DNA of 64,000 bases from Candidatus Saccharimonadales bacterium (GTDB lineage: Bacteria; Patescibacteriota; Saccharimonadia; Saccharimonadales; JAYRRP01), in the NCBI GenBank assembly GCA_041910055.1, contig JAYRRP010000003.1:301973-365972 (forward strand), read 5' to 3'. Below the pieces are notes generated by a model. The model made no database searches and was not told the DNA's origin. It worked only from the letters and a program-made list of their open reading frames with translations. Positions within the stretch are counted from its first letter, which is position 1; each line of letters starts with the position of its first letter. Both the position numbers and the translations under genes were made by a program. Below are positions 16,459 through 26,747 of the stretch, piece after piece.

Positions 16459-18258
16459 ATGAGCGTTTTATCCGCATCTACCCAAAAACAGGTCGAGGAT
16501 GAATTGGTGAGCCAAGGCTTGTTGAGTGAAGAACGACTTAAGGAGTTAAAGACGCAGTCAGAGCGCGAAAATACCCCTTTTTTGGGTCTAGTTGTAAGCA
16601 GTGGCTATGTATCTGAAGAAGATTTAACTAAATCTATTTCTAAGGTCACCCGTGTCCCGTATGTGAACTTAAGCAATGCGCACATTGACCCGGAAGTGCT
16701 GACGCTGTTGCCGCAGGAAATAGCCGAGCGTTATATGGCTGTACCTTTGGGTGAAATGCAACATCGCCTGGTGGTGGCCATGCTCGATGCCGACAACGTG
16801 CAGGCAGCGGATTTTCTTTCTAACAAGATTGGCCGCCCTCTGAAAGTGTATGCCGCCAGCGAAATGGGCATTAAACGTGTCCTCAAGCAATATCAGGGCA
16901 GGATAGACAGTAAGATTGCCGGTGATCTTGAATCGGTGGGGAAAGAAGTGCTTGCCAACACGAACCTGGCCAAAGAAACCATGGCTGGGAACCACAGCAA
17001 TATCCGAACTATTGTGCAGGATTCGCCGATCAGTAAGGCACTGACCACTATTCTTGAATATGCTGCCAAAAACCGTGCCAGTGATGTCCATATTGAACCC
17101 CTTGAGAAGTCCTTAAAGATTCGAGCCCGGGTGGACGGGGTGTTGCGCGAAATCATGAAGTTACCCAAAAGTACCGAGGCGCCGTTGGTGTCCCGTATAA
17201 AGATTTTATCCAATCTTAAGATTGACGAACACCGTATTCCACAAGATGGGCAATTTACTATTGCCGTTGATAGTCGGCCGATTGACTTACGTATTGCAAT
17301 TTCACCGGTGGTGTGGGGAGAGCAGGTGGTCATACGTTTGCTAGACAAATCTGGTACAAGCTTACACCTTGAGGATATGGGATATCATGGGCGGGCTCTG
17401 CGGGCGATTCGTAAAGGTCTTGAGCAGCCGCACGGCATGATTCTCACCAGTGGCCCGACCGGCTCGGGCAAAACCACCTCTATGTACGCGCTTTTGCAGG
17501 AGATTAAGAAAGATACTATCAATATTGTTACTCTGGAAGATCCAGTTGAGTACAAAATGCCTGGCGTCAACCAGATACAAGTTAATACCGAAGTTGGGCT
17601 GACTTTTGCCACTGGTCTTCGCTCCATCTTGCGGCAGGACCCTGACGTGGTGATGGTCGGTGAGATTCGCGATAAAGAAACAGCCAACCTGGCAGTCCAG
17701 GCGGCCCTGACCGGGCATCTTGTATTCTCAACCTTGCACACAAATTCGGCCTCTGGTATTCTGCCGCGACTGCTCGATATGGGGGTTGAGCCATTTTTGA
17801 TTGCCAGTACAGTGCACACTGTCATCGGTCAGCGTCTGGTGCGGCGCATTAGCAAGGAAAACTCTTCTTATCAGTCGGACAAGGCCGAAACCGAAGCTAT
17901 TCGCCAAACCCTGGGCAAATTATTACCAGCTACGGATGCTGAGAAGGCCAGCGTGGGGGAAGATCTGGGCTATGAGAGCTTGCCACTGCGGGGGCAAAAC
18001 GCTTATACTTTATTTAAGGGCAAAGATAATCCCGATACTCCAGGAGGCTTCAAAGGTCGTATGGGCTTGTACGAAGTGTTTGAGATAACAGAAAAAATCC
18101 AAGACCTTATCCTAAAGCGGTCAACGAGCAATGAAATCCAAAAGGCTGCTCAAGAGGAAGGCATGGTAACTATGCGTGAAGATGGCTATCTCAAAGCATT
18201 GGCTGGCTATACAACCTTGGCAGAAGTGAACCGCGTGGCGGCGATGGAGAGCGCGTAA
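16459..18258 (+). CDS. pilB: Type IV pilus extension ATPase PilB (GspE family)
   Basis: GspE-N domains, Walker A LTSGPTGSGKTT, Asp box, Walker B DPDVVMVGEIRD, His box FSTLHTN. Confidence 0.92.
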   Translation: MSVLSASTQKQVEDELVSQGLLSEERLKELKTQSERENTPFLGLVVSSGYVSEEDLTKSISKVTRVPYVNLSNAHIDPEVLTLLPQEIAERYMAVPLGEMQHRLVVAMLDADNVQAADFLSNKIGRPLKVYAASEMGIKRVLKQYQGRIDSKIAGDLESVGKEVLANTNLAKETMAGNHSNIRTIVQDSPISKALTTILEYAAKNRASDVHIEPLEKSLKIRARVDGVLREIMKLPKSTEAPLVSRIKILSNLKIDEHRIPQDGQFTIAVDSRPIDLRIAISPVVWGEQVVIRLLDKSGTSLHLEDMGYHGRALRAIRKGLEQPHGMILTSGPTGSGKTTSMYALLQEIKKDTINIVTLEDPVEYKMPGVNQIQVNTEVGLTFATGLRSILRQDPDVVMVGEIRDKETANLAVQAALTGHLVFSTLHTNSASGILPRLLDMGVEPFLIASTVHTVIGQRLVRRISKENSSYQSDKAETEAIRQTLGKLLPATDAEKASVGEDLGYESLPLRGQNAYTLFKGKDNPDTPGGFKGRMGLYEVFEITEKIQDLILKRSTSNEIQKAAQEEGMVTMREDGYLKALAGYTTLAEVNRVAAMESA

Positions 18259-18302
18259 GTTATGGGAATTATTCAGACAGAAAGTTTGCAAAGGGGGTGG
18301 AA

Positions 18303-19367
18303 ATGCCGCAAATACGAATAGAATTACTACTCGAAGAAGTGATTAAAAAGAAGGCTTCTGACCTTCACCTTCAGGTTGGTTTGCCGCCAATGCTCAGGGT
18401 AGATGGGGCACTTACACCGGTAGCTAACGCCGATGTGCTAAACGAAGAAGCGGTAGAATCTCTTACCTTTGCCATACTCGATGAAGATCAAAAACAGATC
18501 TTACTTAAAGATAAAGAGTTTGACTTCAGCTTCGCTTTTGGTGACCTTGGCCGATTTCGGGTCAATGCCTTCCACGAACGCGGTAACCTGGCAGCCGCTT
18601 TCCGGCTTATTCCCACTGAAATTTTAAGCGTAGAGCAGCTTGGTTTGCCACAAATAGTCAATAGGTTTGCTGATTATCCACGTGGACTCGTACTCTTTAC
18701 TGGTCCGACTGGTTCGGGCAAGTCAACTTCTTTGGCAGCGATTATCAAGAAGATTAACAACGAACGCGCAGCTCACATAATTACTATCGAAGATCCAATT
18801 GAATACACCCATAAGTCCAAGAGATCAGTCATTGTTCAGCGCGAAGTGCACTACGACACCTATTCGTTCTCAGCGGCGCTGCGCTCCAGCTTGCGCGAAG
18901 ACCCTGATGTAGTACTAATCGGTGAAATGCGTGACCTTGAGACAATTTCTTCAGCAATTACTATTGCTGAAACCGGACACTTAGTGTTAGCGACATTGCA
19001 CACTAACTCTGCCGCTCAGAGTATTGACCGTATGATTGACGTATTCCCGCCACACCAGCAGCCACAAATCCGAGCCCAGCTTGCAAACATGTTGATGGCA
19101 ATTTGTTCGCAGCGTTTGATCCCAGCTATTGGTGGTGGGCGGATTGCTGCTGCCGAAATTCTCATCGCCACACCTGCAGTGCGCAATATTATTCGTGAAG
19201 GCAAGAGCCACCAGCTCGAAGCAGTTATTCAAACTGGGGCAGAGCACGGCATGCAGTCGATGGATAAGACACTCGTGAACCTCATTCATAGCGGTACTAT
19301 CACCTATGATGAGGCTCGTAACTTTGCCGTTGACCTTGATGAACTCGACAGGATGATGAGGGGATAA
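18303..19367 (+). CDS. pilT: Type IV pilus retraction ATPase PilT
   Basis: ASDLHLQVGLPP..., FTGPTGSGKST, DPDVVLIGEMRD, ATLHTNSAAQSIDR, AIRNxIRE-like AVRNIIREGK. ATG at 18303 preferred over GTG at 18297 because of SD GGGGG spacing. Confidence 0.92.
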   Translation: MPQIRIELLLEEVIKKKASDLHLQVGLPPMLRVDGALTPVANADVLNEEAVESLTFAILDEDQKQILLKDKEFDFSFAFGDLGRFRVNAFHERGNLAAAFRLIPTEILSVEQLGLPQIVNRFADYPRGLVLFTGPTGSGKSTSLAAIIKKINNERAAHIITIEDPIEYTHKSKRSVIVQREVHYDTYSFSAALRSSLREDPDVVLIGEMRDLETISSAITIAETGHLVLATLHTNSAAQSIDRMIDVFPPHQQPQIRAQLANMLMAICSQRLIPAIGGGRIAAAEILIATPAVRNIIREGKSHQLEAVIQTGAEHGMQSMDKTLVNLIHSGTITYDEARNFAVDLDELDRMMRG

Positions 19368-19374
19368 TCACGTC

Positions 19375-20592
19375 ATGCTCACCTTTGAGTACACTGCCCG
19401 TGACCCTAAAACCGGTCAGAAAATTAAGGCACAGGTGCAGGCTGAGAACCAGCAAGCGGCTGCCAAGCTGATCCACGAGGAGGGTTTAAGCCCAATAGAT
19501 ATTAGGGCTATGAATGTCTCCAGCAGAGGCCTGGGACGGATTTTTAATCACATTAGCACCAAAGACAAGGTATTGTTCTCTCGCCAGCTGGCGACACTTA
19601 TTAACGCTGGGCTGCCACTGGTGCAGAGTTTACAGAACGTCAGCGGCCAGACCCAAAATAAGATGTTCAAGGTTATTATCAATCAGGTTATTACCGATGT
19701 AGAAGGCGGAACTTCATTCTCTGCAGCACTGGCTCAACATCCAACGGTTTTTAACCGCGTTTTTATTAGCATGATTGCCGCCGGAGAGGCATCGGGCACT
19801 CTCGATAAAGCTCTGGAGCGCCTGGCCAACCAACAGGAACGTGATGCCGAAATCCTCAGCAAAGTCCGCGGTGCCATGATTTACCCAGCTGTGGTGCTAT
19901 TTGTGATGGTACTGGTGGTTGGATTTATGATAGTCAAGGTCTTACCGCAGGTTGAGGTGATGTACAAAGATTTGCCTGGGGCATCGCTGCCGCTTATTAC
20001 TAAAATATTGCTGGCAATATCCCACTTCATTATTAAGTTTTGGTGGGCAATTATTATAGGGCTAGGAATTGGCGGCTTTTTCTTTAGCCGCTGGGCGCGA
20101 ACTTTCGGCGGCAAGCGAGTTATAGACAAGGCCAAGATGCGCTGGTGGCCTATTGGTACATTGTTTATGAAGCTTTATATGGCTCGGTTTGCCCGTATTG
20201 GCGCCACGTTAATTGGTAGCGGTGTACCATTAATCCAAATGCTCGATATCTCTGCCGATTCAATTAACAACGTCCATATAGAGTCCTCTATTAAGAAAGC
20301 TATTGAGAAGGTGAAGGGGGGGAAAGCCCTATCTGACTCCCTCGAGGGTGATCCAAATGTCTTGCAGCTAGTGCCGAACATGCTGCGCATTGGCGAACAA
20401 TCCGGTGCCATGGAGGAAATGATGAACAAAGTGGCGGATTATTACGAAAAAGAGGTGGACACTGCTATTAAGAATGTCTCGACTATTATCGAGCCGGTTT
20501 TAATGATAGTACTCGGCGTGTTTGCTTTTATCATCGTGGCTGCGGTGTTATTGCCAATCTATAGCCTGGCCGGCAAAACAATCATTAAGTAG
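19375..20592 (+). CDS. pilC: Type IV pilus platform protein PilC (GspF family)
   Basis: 405 aa with duplicated GspF domains (FSRQLATLINAGLPL..., ARFARIGATLIGSGVPL...) and three TM segments. Confidence 0.9.
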   Translation: MLTFEYTARDPKTGQKIKAQVQAENQQAAAKLIHEEGLSPIDIRAMNVSSRGLGRIFNHISTKDKVLFSRQLATLINAGLPLVQSLQNVSGQTQNKMFKVIINQVITDVEGGTSFSAALAQHPTVFNRVFISMIAAGEASGTLDKALERLANQQERDAEILSKVRGAMIYPAVVLFVMVLVVGFMIVKVLPQVEVMYKDLPGASLPLITKILLAISHFIIKFWWAIIIGLGIGGFFFSRWARTFGGKRVIDKAKMRWWPIGTLFMKLYMARFARIGATLIGSGVPLIQMLDISADSINNVHIESSIKKAIEKVKGGKALSDSLEGDPNVLQLVPNMLRIGEQSGAMEEMMNKVADYYEKEVDTAIKNVSTIIEPVLMIVLGVFAFIIVAAVLLPIYSLAGKTIIK

Positions 20593-20694
20593 CTCTCAGG
20601 GGCCTGGGGAAAACCCCCTTGCTTTTTAAGCACAAGCACATTAATATGCTTGCATAAGCATAAACTATAAACAACCACAGGGGGGCATAAATCA

Positions 20695-21165
20695 ATGCTT
20701 AAAAATTTAAAAAAACGTTCACAAGGCTTCACTATTATCGAAGTCCTGATCGTGCTAGCTATTGCTGGCTTAATCATTCTGATCGTGTTCTTAGCAGTAC
20801 CAGCACTACAGAGGAATAACAGAAACACGCAAATAAGAAATAATGCTGGCTCAGTGCTTGGAGGAGTTAACGAATTTGTTTCTAACAATAACGGACAACT
20901 ACCAACTGGTATAGCTACGGCAGCTGATGGGACAGTTACAATTAGTGGTGGTGCTGGTACCTCAGCGGTAACCACAAAAATTAAAGCTGGCACCACGGCA
21001 ATAAATGGTACCGCAATGCCTGCTAACACCGGAAGCATTGTAGTTTACCTTGATCGTAAGTGTAATGGCAATGCATTTGCCGCTGCTGCTACACCTCGTG
21101 CGTATGCAGCTGGTTTCTTAGTAGAAAGTGGCGCAGGGACTCCTACGCAGTGTCAAGAAAGCTAA
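20695..21165 (+). CDS. Major type IV pilin (prepilin with class III signal peptide)
   Basis: MLKNLKKRSQG|FTIIEVLIVLAIAGLIILIV, with the G/F cleavage-methylation site and E5. Followed by a strong terminator. Confidence 0.9.
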   Translation: MLKNLKKRSQGFTIIEVLIVLAIAGLIILIVFLAVPALQRNNRNTQIRNNAGSVLGGVNEFVSNNNGQLPTGIATAADGTVTISGGAGTSAVTTKIKAGTTAINGTAMPANTGSIVVYLDRKCNGNAFAAAATPRAYAAGFLVESGAGTPTQCQES

Positions 21166-21185
21166 AAAGTTTAGCTCCAATGCAA

Positions 21186-21213
21186 AAAGAAGCCCACAAA
21201 GGGCTTCTTTTTC
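21186..21213 (+). terminator. Rho-independent terminator after the pilin gene
   Basis: gaagccc-acaaa-gggcttc followed by ttttt. Confidence 0.8.
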
Positions 21214-21265
21214 AATGGCTGCTTATTTGTAATATGATTCCTGCAATACTGATATATTAGAAGCA

Positions 21266-22096
21266 ATGATTACTATTGTTCTGTTGCTTTTAGGCCTGTG
21301 CTTTGGGAGCTTTGCGAATGCGGCAGTTTGGCGACTGTATAAGCAAGAGTCAGTTAAATCTAAGAAAGTAAAAAAGCAGTACTCAATTACGCAAGGGCGT
21401 TCAATGTGCCCGCACTGTCGGCACACACTGGGCTTGACGGATCTTATCCCAGTCATCAGCTGGCTGACACTCAAGGGCAAATGCCGCTACTGCAAAAAGC
21501 CGATATCTGCCCAGTATCCGGCTGTGGAGCTCACAACTGCCACACTTTTTATTACCTCTTACATATGGTGGCCGTATGGCTTTCATAATGGAGGGTTACT
21601 ACAGTTTGTACTGTGGCTGGTGTTTTTAGTAGGCTTTATGGTGCTTTTGGTGTATGACCTGCGCTGGTTTTTACTGCCGGATAGGGTAGTTTATCCATTG
21701 ATATGGCTGGCATTAGCTCAAGTTTTGGTTTTGGCAACAGTGTATGGCGGTGGCCTACACACGGTTACCACGGCTTTATGGGGTGTAGTGGTCGCCAGCG
21801 GGCTATTTTGGGCTTTATTTCAGATATCAGATGGCAAATGGATAGGTGGGGGAGACGTGAAGCTTGGGGTGGTGCTCGGGCTACTAGTGGGTGGTCCAGT
21901 GCCAAGTATGCTGATGATTTTTACTGCATCGCTGCTTGGGACAGTCTATGCCTTGCCACTCATGCTCATGGGTAGGGCCAAAGCCAGTAGCCGTGTACCA
22001 TTTGGACCCTTTATGATTATGGCCACGATAATTGTCTATTTATTTGGTAGCAGCCTCATCGCGTGGTTCAAACAGCACTTTTTAGTGGCCTATTAG
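21266..22096 (+). CDS. pilD: Prepilin peptidase / N-methyltransferase PilD (A24 family)
   Basis: Zn-binding CPHC...CRYC pairs, multi-TM, and the conserved GGGDVKL active-site aspartate motif. Confidence 0.9.
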   Translation: MITIVLLLLGLCFGSFANAAVWRLYKQESVKSKKVKKQYSITQGRSMCPHCRHTLGLTDLIPVISWLTLKGKCRYCKKPISAQYPAVELTTATLFITSYIWWPYGFHNGGLLQFVLWLVFLVGFMVLLVYDLRWFLLPDRVVYPLIWLALAQVLVLATVYGGGLHTVTTALWGVVVASGLFWALFQISDGKWIGGGDVKLGVVLGLLVGGPVPSMLMIFTASLLGTVYALPLMLMGRAKASSRVPFGPFMIMATIIVYLFGSSLIAWFKQHFLVAY

Positions 22097-22159
22097 TTTC
22101 ATAGACTTAAGAGGCTAGAGAAGTGTTGCACGAATATCGCTTATGCTATACTGAAGCGT

Positions 22160-22987
22160 ATGAAAACAGGGTGGAAAGCCCAAGGTTATACTATTGTCGA
22201 AGTAATGATATTTTTGGTGGTTTCGAGTGCTTTACTCATTAGTGCTTTCAACCTTATCGCTGGCCAGCAGCGTAAAACCGAGTTTGCTCAATCTATCCGT
22301 GACGTTGACCAGGTAATACAAGAGGTGATTAACAATGTGCAAACCGGGTATTATCCTAATACCGGCGGATTTTCATGTAGTGCCTCGGGGAGTGGCCCAT
22401 CTTTTACAGGAGCCAGTACAAGTCGAGGCGAGAATAAAGACTGTATATTCCTAGGCCGGGTTATGCAATTTGGTGTGCACGGAAGCCCGGATGATGTAAA
22501 TGTATTTTCAATTGTCGGCTTGAGGGAAACCGTTATTCCTCCCACACGACCTGTGAATTCATGGCAAGAAGCGAAAGCCCGACCGCTGGCACCAGGTTCC
22601 TCAGAAAGTACACCTGACGTTACAGAAGTGAAACAGCTAAAGTATGGCCTTGAAGCGGTTAAGATAGAAGCAGACGGTGTGCCAGTGGGTGCGGTGGGCT
22701 TTTTATCAAGTCCTAATGCGCAACAAACCCCTAGCGGTGGGTTGTTGTCAGGCAGTCTGGAAGCAAAATTGACCGCTTTCGGTTCACTTGACACAGATAA
22801 GCCGACGATGGTAGATGCGATTAAGAATAAGTTTGCGGCGGCAGATACCACAATTAACACCGCTACAATTTGCTTCAAAAGTGGCGGTACGGACCAATAC
22901 GGCATTGTTACCATTCATGGAGATCGTACAATTACCACACAAGTCACGATTAAATCAGCATCACCTGTGCCAGCGGAGTGTTCATGA
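22160..22987 (+). CDS. Minor pilin-like protein (prepilin-type N-terminus)
   Basis: MKTGWKAQG|YTIVEVMIFLVVSSALLI. Confidence 0.75.
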   Translation: MKTGWKAQGYTIVEVMIFLVVSSALLISAFNLIAGQQRKTEFAQSIRDVDQVIQEVINNVQTGYYPNTGGFSCSASGSGPSFTGASTSRGENKDCIFLGRVMQFGVHGSPDDVNVFSIVGLRETVIPPTRPVNSWQEAKARPLAPGSSESTPDVTEVKQLKYGLEAVKIEADGVPVGAVGFLSSPNAQQTPSGGLLSGSLEAKLTAFGSLDTDKPTMVDAIKNKFAAADTTINTATICFKSGGTDQYGIVTIHGDRTITTQVTIKSASPVPAECS

Positions 22988-23403
22988 AGTTAGGCAGTCG
23001 TGGTGACACTATAGTAGAGGTGTTAATCGCGGTGGCAGTAGTGGGAGTAGTTTTAACGGGTGCCTATGCAAGTGCCCGCAGTAGTCTTAACGCAGTGCGG
23101 GCTAGCCAGGAAAGGGCCGAAGCGCTTAAGATCGCCGAAGGTCAACTGGAGATGCTCAAATATTACGCAGCTGCGAACCCGAGTGCTGTCTATCCCCCTT
23201 CATTCTGTGTGTATGTATCCGGTGCAACAGTAGCAACAATAACAAGCGCTGATATCACACATTGTAAAAACCAAGGGCCTGGAACACGGTACAACATTGC
23301 CATTACAAAAGATGCGGCAAACCTTTTTACTCTTTCTACCACTTGGCCCCAGATAAACGGTGGCACTGGACAACTAAGTATCGCGTATAGGCCGACAATA
23401 TGA
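22978..23403 (+). CDS. Minor pilin-like protein
   Basis: ...GSRG|DTIVEVLIAVAVVGVVL. Overlaps its neighbours. Confidence 0.75.
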   Translation: MFMKLGSRGDTIVEVLIAVAVVGVVLTGAYASARSSLNAVRASQERAEALKIAEGQLEMLKYYAAANPSAVYPPSFCVYVSGATVATITSADITHCKNQGPGTRYNIAITKDAANLFTLSTTWPQINGGTGQLSIAYRPTI

Positions 23404-23987
23404 AGCATTATATTCGCCAATCTGGATTTACTATTATCGAACTAATGATTGCCACTACCGTGTTCTCGGTGATTTTACTGATTTGCTCCTACGCAATGCT
23501 TCAGATTGGACGCACATATTACAAAGGTATTACTCAATCTCGTACCCAAAACGTGGCCAGGGCAGTGCTAGATGATATTTCACAAAGTATTCAATTTAGC
23601 GGCGGCACAGTTACACCTCCGCCAGCTGGTCCGCCAACTACTGGTGTTTTCTGCGTTGACAACAAGGTTTATTACTATAAGCTCAACAATCCGGTGGGTC
23701 AAAATCCACCACCAAATGACTATGCCCTGAAACTCAATAAAGAGGCTTGTCCGGGAGGCGGTGTAAATGGCAAAGAACTCCTTGGACCTAATATGCGACT
23801 GGATGCTCTGCAGGTAACCGAATCTCCAGCGGGGAGCGGATTGTGGAGCGTGAAAGTAAGGATAGTGTACGGTGATGATACAGTTTTGAGCGGTTCGCCT
23901 GGTTCGTATCAGTGCAAAGAAAACCGGGCGGGCGGGCAATTTTGCGCCGTCTCCGAGTTAGCAACAGTAGTGCAAAAAAGAATATAA
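23400..23987 (+). CDS. Minor pilin-like protein (PilW-like)
   Basis: MKHYIRQSG|FTIIELMIATTVFSVILL. Confidence 0.75.
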   Translation: MKHYIRQSGFTIIELMIATTVFSVILLICSYAMLQIGRTYYKGITQSRTQNVARAVLDDISQSIQFSGGTVTPPPAGPPTTGVFCVDNKVYYYKLNNPVGQNPPPNDYALKLNKEACPGGGVNGKELLGPNMRLDALQVTESPAGSGLWSVKVRIVYGDDTVLSGSPGSYQCKENRAGGQFCAVSELATVVQKRI

Positions 23988-24014
23988 AGGTATATACTAG
24001 GGGTAAATAAGCAT

Positions 24015-25043
24015 ATGCGTGTCATAAAACTCCACCGCAATGAGTCAGGGCTGGTATCGATTATCGTTACCATGATTATTATGATTGTCCTGAGCATTAC
24101 GGTGATTGGTTTTGCCCAGATTGCTCGTCGCGAACAACGACAGACCCTTGACCGTCAGTTGAGCACCGGCGCGTACTACGCGGCAGAATCAGGCATTAAT
24201 GACGCTATTAAGAAGCTAAATGCTGATTCTACTTTTACGATCAATACCTGTGCCGAAACAGCAACGAAATTGCCGACTCTAGGCGCTTCTTCTCCCTCTT
24301 CTTATAGCTGCGTACTGGTTGGCCAGAGTCCGACAACACTTGAATATGGCGCTATTAGCACCGACAAGTCTCAGATAGTTAATATATCAACTGACGGCGG
24401 AGTCAATCTAGACACGCTTACTATCAGTTGGAATGACAAAGACGGTACGAGTACTAACTTTAATAATCCTTATCCTAATTTTCCTCCATACAGCTCTCCA
24501 GATTGGAAATCGGACACTGGTGTACTCGAGGTGAGCCTTACACCTACCACTGATACAACTGATTTTAGCAGGGCTAATTTAGTAGACAGGACATATACGG
24601 CTTATCTTTATCCGAGTAACGGGGGAAGTAATTCGACCAATTATAAACCCGGTGCGTCCAATCAGGGTGATATTGTAGAAGTAAAGTGCAACGGGGGTGG
24701 TACACCGAAGAAATGTACCGTAGATATAAATTTCCCCGCTCCCTATAACAATAAATCGAAGTACCTACTTCGGCTTAAACCAATATACAAGACTGCCTCG
24801 GTGACCGTATCAGGTAAAAACGGTTCCAACAACGTCAAGTTTGTAGGCTCCCAGGTCATTATAGATTCAACTGGCAAGGCGAACGATGTGTTGCGTCGTT
24901 TGCAGGTAAGGGTACCTATCGGCAAGGAGTTTAACTACCCTGAGTATGTGCTTGATAGCGCCGATTCAATTTGTAAGCGCCTGCAGGTTTATCCCGGCGG
25001 TGGCAGCACTGATTCCAGTGATCCAGCTTGTGCGATCAATTAG
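24015..25043 (+). CDS. PilX-like pilus protein (non-cleavable hydrophobic N-terminus)
   Basis: NESGLVSIIVTMIIMIVLSITVIGFAQIARREQRQTLDRQLSTGAYYAAESG (PilX_N-type) and a C-terminal ...GKANDVLRRLQVRVP. Confidence 0.65.
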   Translation: MRVIKLHRNESGLVSIIVTMIIMIVLSITVIGFAQIARREQRQTLDRQLSTGAYYAAESGINDAIKKLNADSTFTINTCAETATKLPTLGASSPSSYSCVLVGQSPTTLEYGAISTDKSQIVNISTDGGVNLDTLTISWNDKDGTSTNFNNPYPNFPPYSSPDWKSDTGVLEVSLTPTTDTTDFSRANLVDRTYTAYLYPSNGGSNSTNYKPGASNQGDIVEVKCNGGGTPKKCTVDINFPAPYNNKSKYLLRLKPIYKTASVTVSGKNGSNNVKFVGSQVIIDSTGKANDVLRRLQVRVPIGKEFNYPEYVLDSADSICKRLQVYPGGGSTDSSDPACAIN

Positions 25044-25074
25044 TTTATACAGTTTCTCTTTATAGGGTGTGAAA

Positions 25075-25989
25075 TTATTGGTGGGTGCCGTGGAACTTTT
25101 CGTGCACTGCTTTGAGGTGCGGATCGGTAATATGGGTGTAGATTTGGGTGGTAGAAATATTGCTGTGGCCCAGTAATGCCTGCACACTGCGAAGGTCGGC
25201 TCCATTCATTAGCAAATCCGTGGCAAATGAATGCCTGAGTGAGTGTGGCGACACATGCTTGGTGATGCCGGCCAATCGGGCATAACGACTTACCATGCGC
25301 TGGATACTGCGCGCGGTCAGGCGGTGGAAATTACCGCTTAGGTCTACCTTTTTGGTGCCGCTGTAGCGTATAAACAGGGGCCTGACATTGTCGGTTCGTT
25401 TGTCCAAATAACGTTCTAGCCACTCAGCCGCCGCTGGACTAATAAAGATCGGGCGATCCTTCTGGCCTTTGCCGCGAACCATAAATTCACGTCGCTTGAG
25501 ATTTATGTGGTCACGGTCCAGGCCAACAAGTTCGGATACCCTTAGCCCGCTCGAAAAGAGCAGCTCAAGGATGGCCCGGTCACGCAGCCCGGGCAATGTA
25601 TCGGTTTTTGGCTGGGAAAAGAGTCGCTGCAGCTCCTCGGTGGCCAAAAATGTCACTTGTTTGCGTTTAGTAGTCGCGAGTTCGACTTTATCGGCTGGCA
25701 TGGTGTTGATATCACGCTTCGCACAGTACTTTAGGAAGCTTCTGAGGGCGATAAGGTGGTAATTCTGCGTTGTCTTCTGCAGTTCATCCGAAACGTTTGT
25801 CCCAAGCCTGTTTAACCAGAGGCGCCACTTACGGATGAGTTCGGGGTTTATTTCGCTGACGTTTATGTCACCAGCATAATCGATTAAGCGAGTAAGGTAG
25901 TGGTCATAATTGGCAATAGTCTTTTGGGAACGGTTTTGCTCAATCTCAAGATGTTCCAAAAAGTCCGTTTTCGCCTTGCTAAACCGCAT
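25075..25989 (-). CDS. Tyrosine recombinase, XerC/XerD family
   Basis: N-terminal SAM-like core-binding domain (...YLTRLIDY...). The catalytic domain has R...HxLRHSFAT...LGHSNISTTQIYTH. Confidence 0.88.
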   Translation of the reverse strand: MRFSKAKTDFLEHLEIEQNRSQKTIANYDHYLTRLIDYAGDINVSEINPELIRKWRLWLNRLGTNVSDELQKTTQNYHLIALRSFLKYCAKRDINTMPADKVELATTKRKQVTFLATEELQRLFSQPKTDTLPGLRDRAILELLFSSGLRVSELVGLDRDHINLKRREFMVRGKGQKDRPIFISPAAAEWLERYLDKRTDNVRPLFIRYSGTKKVDLSGNFHRLTARSIQRMVSRYARLAGITKHVSPHSLRHSFATDLLMNGADLRSVQALLGHSNISTTQIYTHITDPHLKAVHEKFHGTHQ

Positions 25990-26051
25990 ATCTTTATTAT
26001 ATACGACAGACTCATCTGTTATAATGGGTCGAAATAATCAGAGGAAGATAA

Positions 26052-26567
26052 ATGGAACGAACCCTTATTGTTCTGAAACCCGATACTCTCAAGCGGGGTA
26101 TTGCCGGTGAAATACTCACTCGGTTCGAAAAGGCCGGCCTTAAAGTAGTGGGCATTAAGATGTTGGCTCCCGATTATGACCACTATTTTAAACATTACGA
26201 AAGCATCGGCCAGATGGTGTCAAGACGCGGCCAAGAAGCGTTTGACGTCACACTGGAGTTCATGCAGGAAGGCCCTGTTATTGCGATAGTATTGGAAGGC
26301 ATCGAGGCCGTCTCATTGGTCCGCAAGATGGTCGGCACCACTGAGCCAAAATCCGCCTTGCCGGGTACCATCAGGGGTGATTATGCCCATATGAGCTTTG
26401 CCTACGCGAACAACGCTGGAGTTGGAATCCCCAACCTCATCCATGCCTCTGGTGACGTCAAAGAAGCGAAGAAAGAAATTGCCCATTGGTTCAGCGACAG
26501 CGAATTGTTTGAGTACAAGACGGTACACGAAGTCTACACGCAGGCCACCACCCCTAAAAAGCGCTGA
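26052..26567 (+). CDS. ndk: Nucleoside diphosphate kinase
   Basis: MERTLIVLKPDTLKRGIAGEILTRFEKAGLKVVGIKM, GTIRGDYA, and the active-site-histidine motif NLIHASGD. Confidence 0.92.
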   Translation: MERTLIVLKPDTLKRGIAGEILTRFEKAGLKVVGIKMLAPDYDHYFKHYESIGQMVSRRGQEAFDVTLEFMQEGPVIAIVLEGIEAVSLVRKMVGTTEPKSALPGTIRGDYAHMSFAYANNAGVGIPNLIHASGDVKEAKKEIAHWFSDSELFEYKTVHEVYTQATTPKKR

Positions 26568-26595
26568 GTGAGCGGCTGTTATAATTGCAACGAGG

Positions 26596-26670
26596 GTCCC
26601 CATAGTTCAATGGATAGAATAACTCCGTCCTAAGGAGCAGATCCGTGTTCGAATCGCGGTGGGGACGCCA
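26596..26670 (+). tRNA. tRNA-Arg (anticodon CCT), CCA encoded
   Basis: Hand-folded cloverleaf. Acceptor GTCCCCA/TGGGGAC, anticodon loop gTCCTAa, T arm CCGTG-TTCGAAT-CGCGG. 75 nt. Confidence 0.9.
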
Positions 26671-26747
26671 GATTATTCATCTTTTTACAGTATAAGCTTG
26701 CAATTTGAGACGCATGTTTGTATATTGTGCTTATGCTATAAGGATAG

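Noticed and set aside
20620-20694. Considered as a sigma54 promoter (GCAC...GCTTGCA) and as a phase-variable G6 tract (20680-20685) upstream of the major pilin gene.
   Set aside because: The sigma54 -24 GG dinucleotide is missing. The G6 run is simply the Shine-Dalgarno sequence, and G-rich SDs are the norm in this window (for example before pilT), so there is no specific evidence for slippage control.
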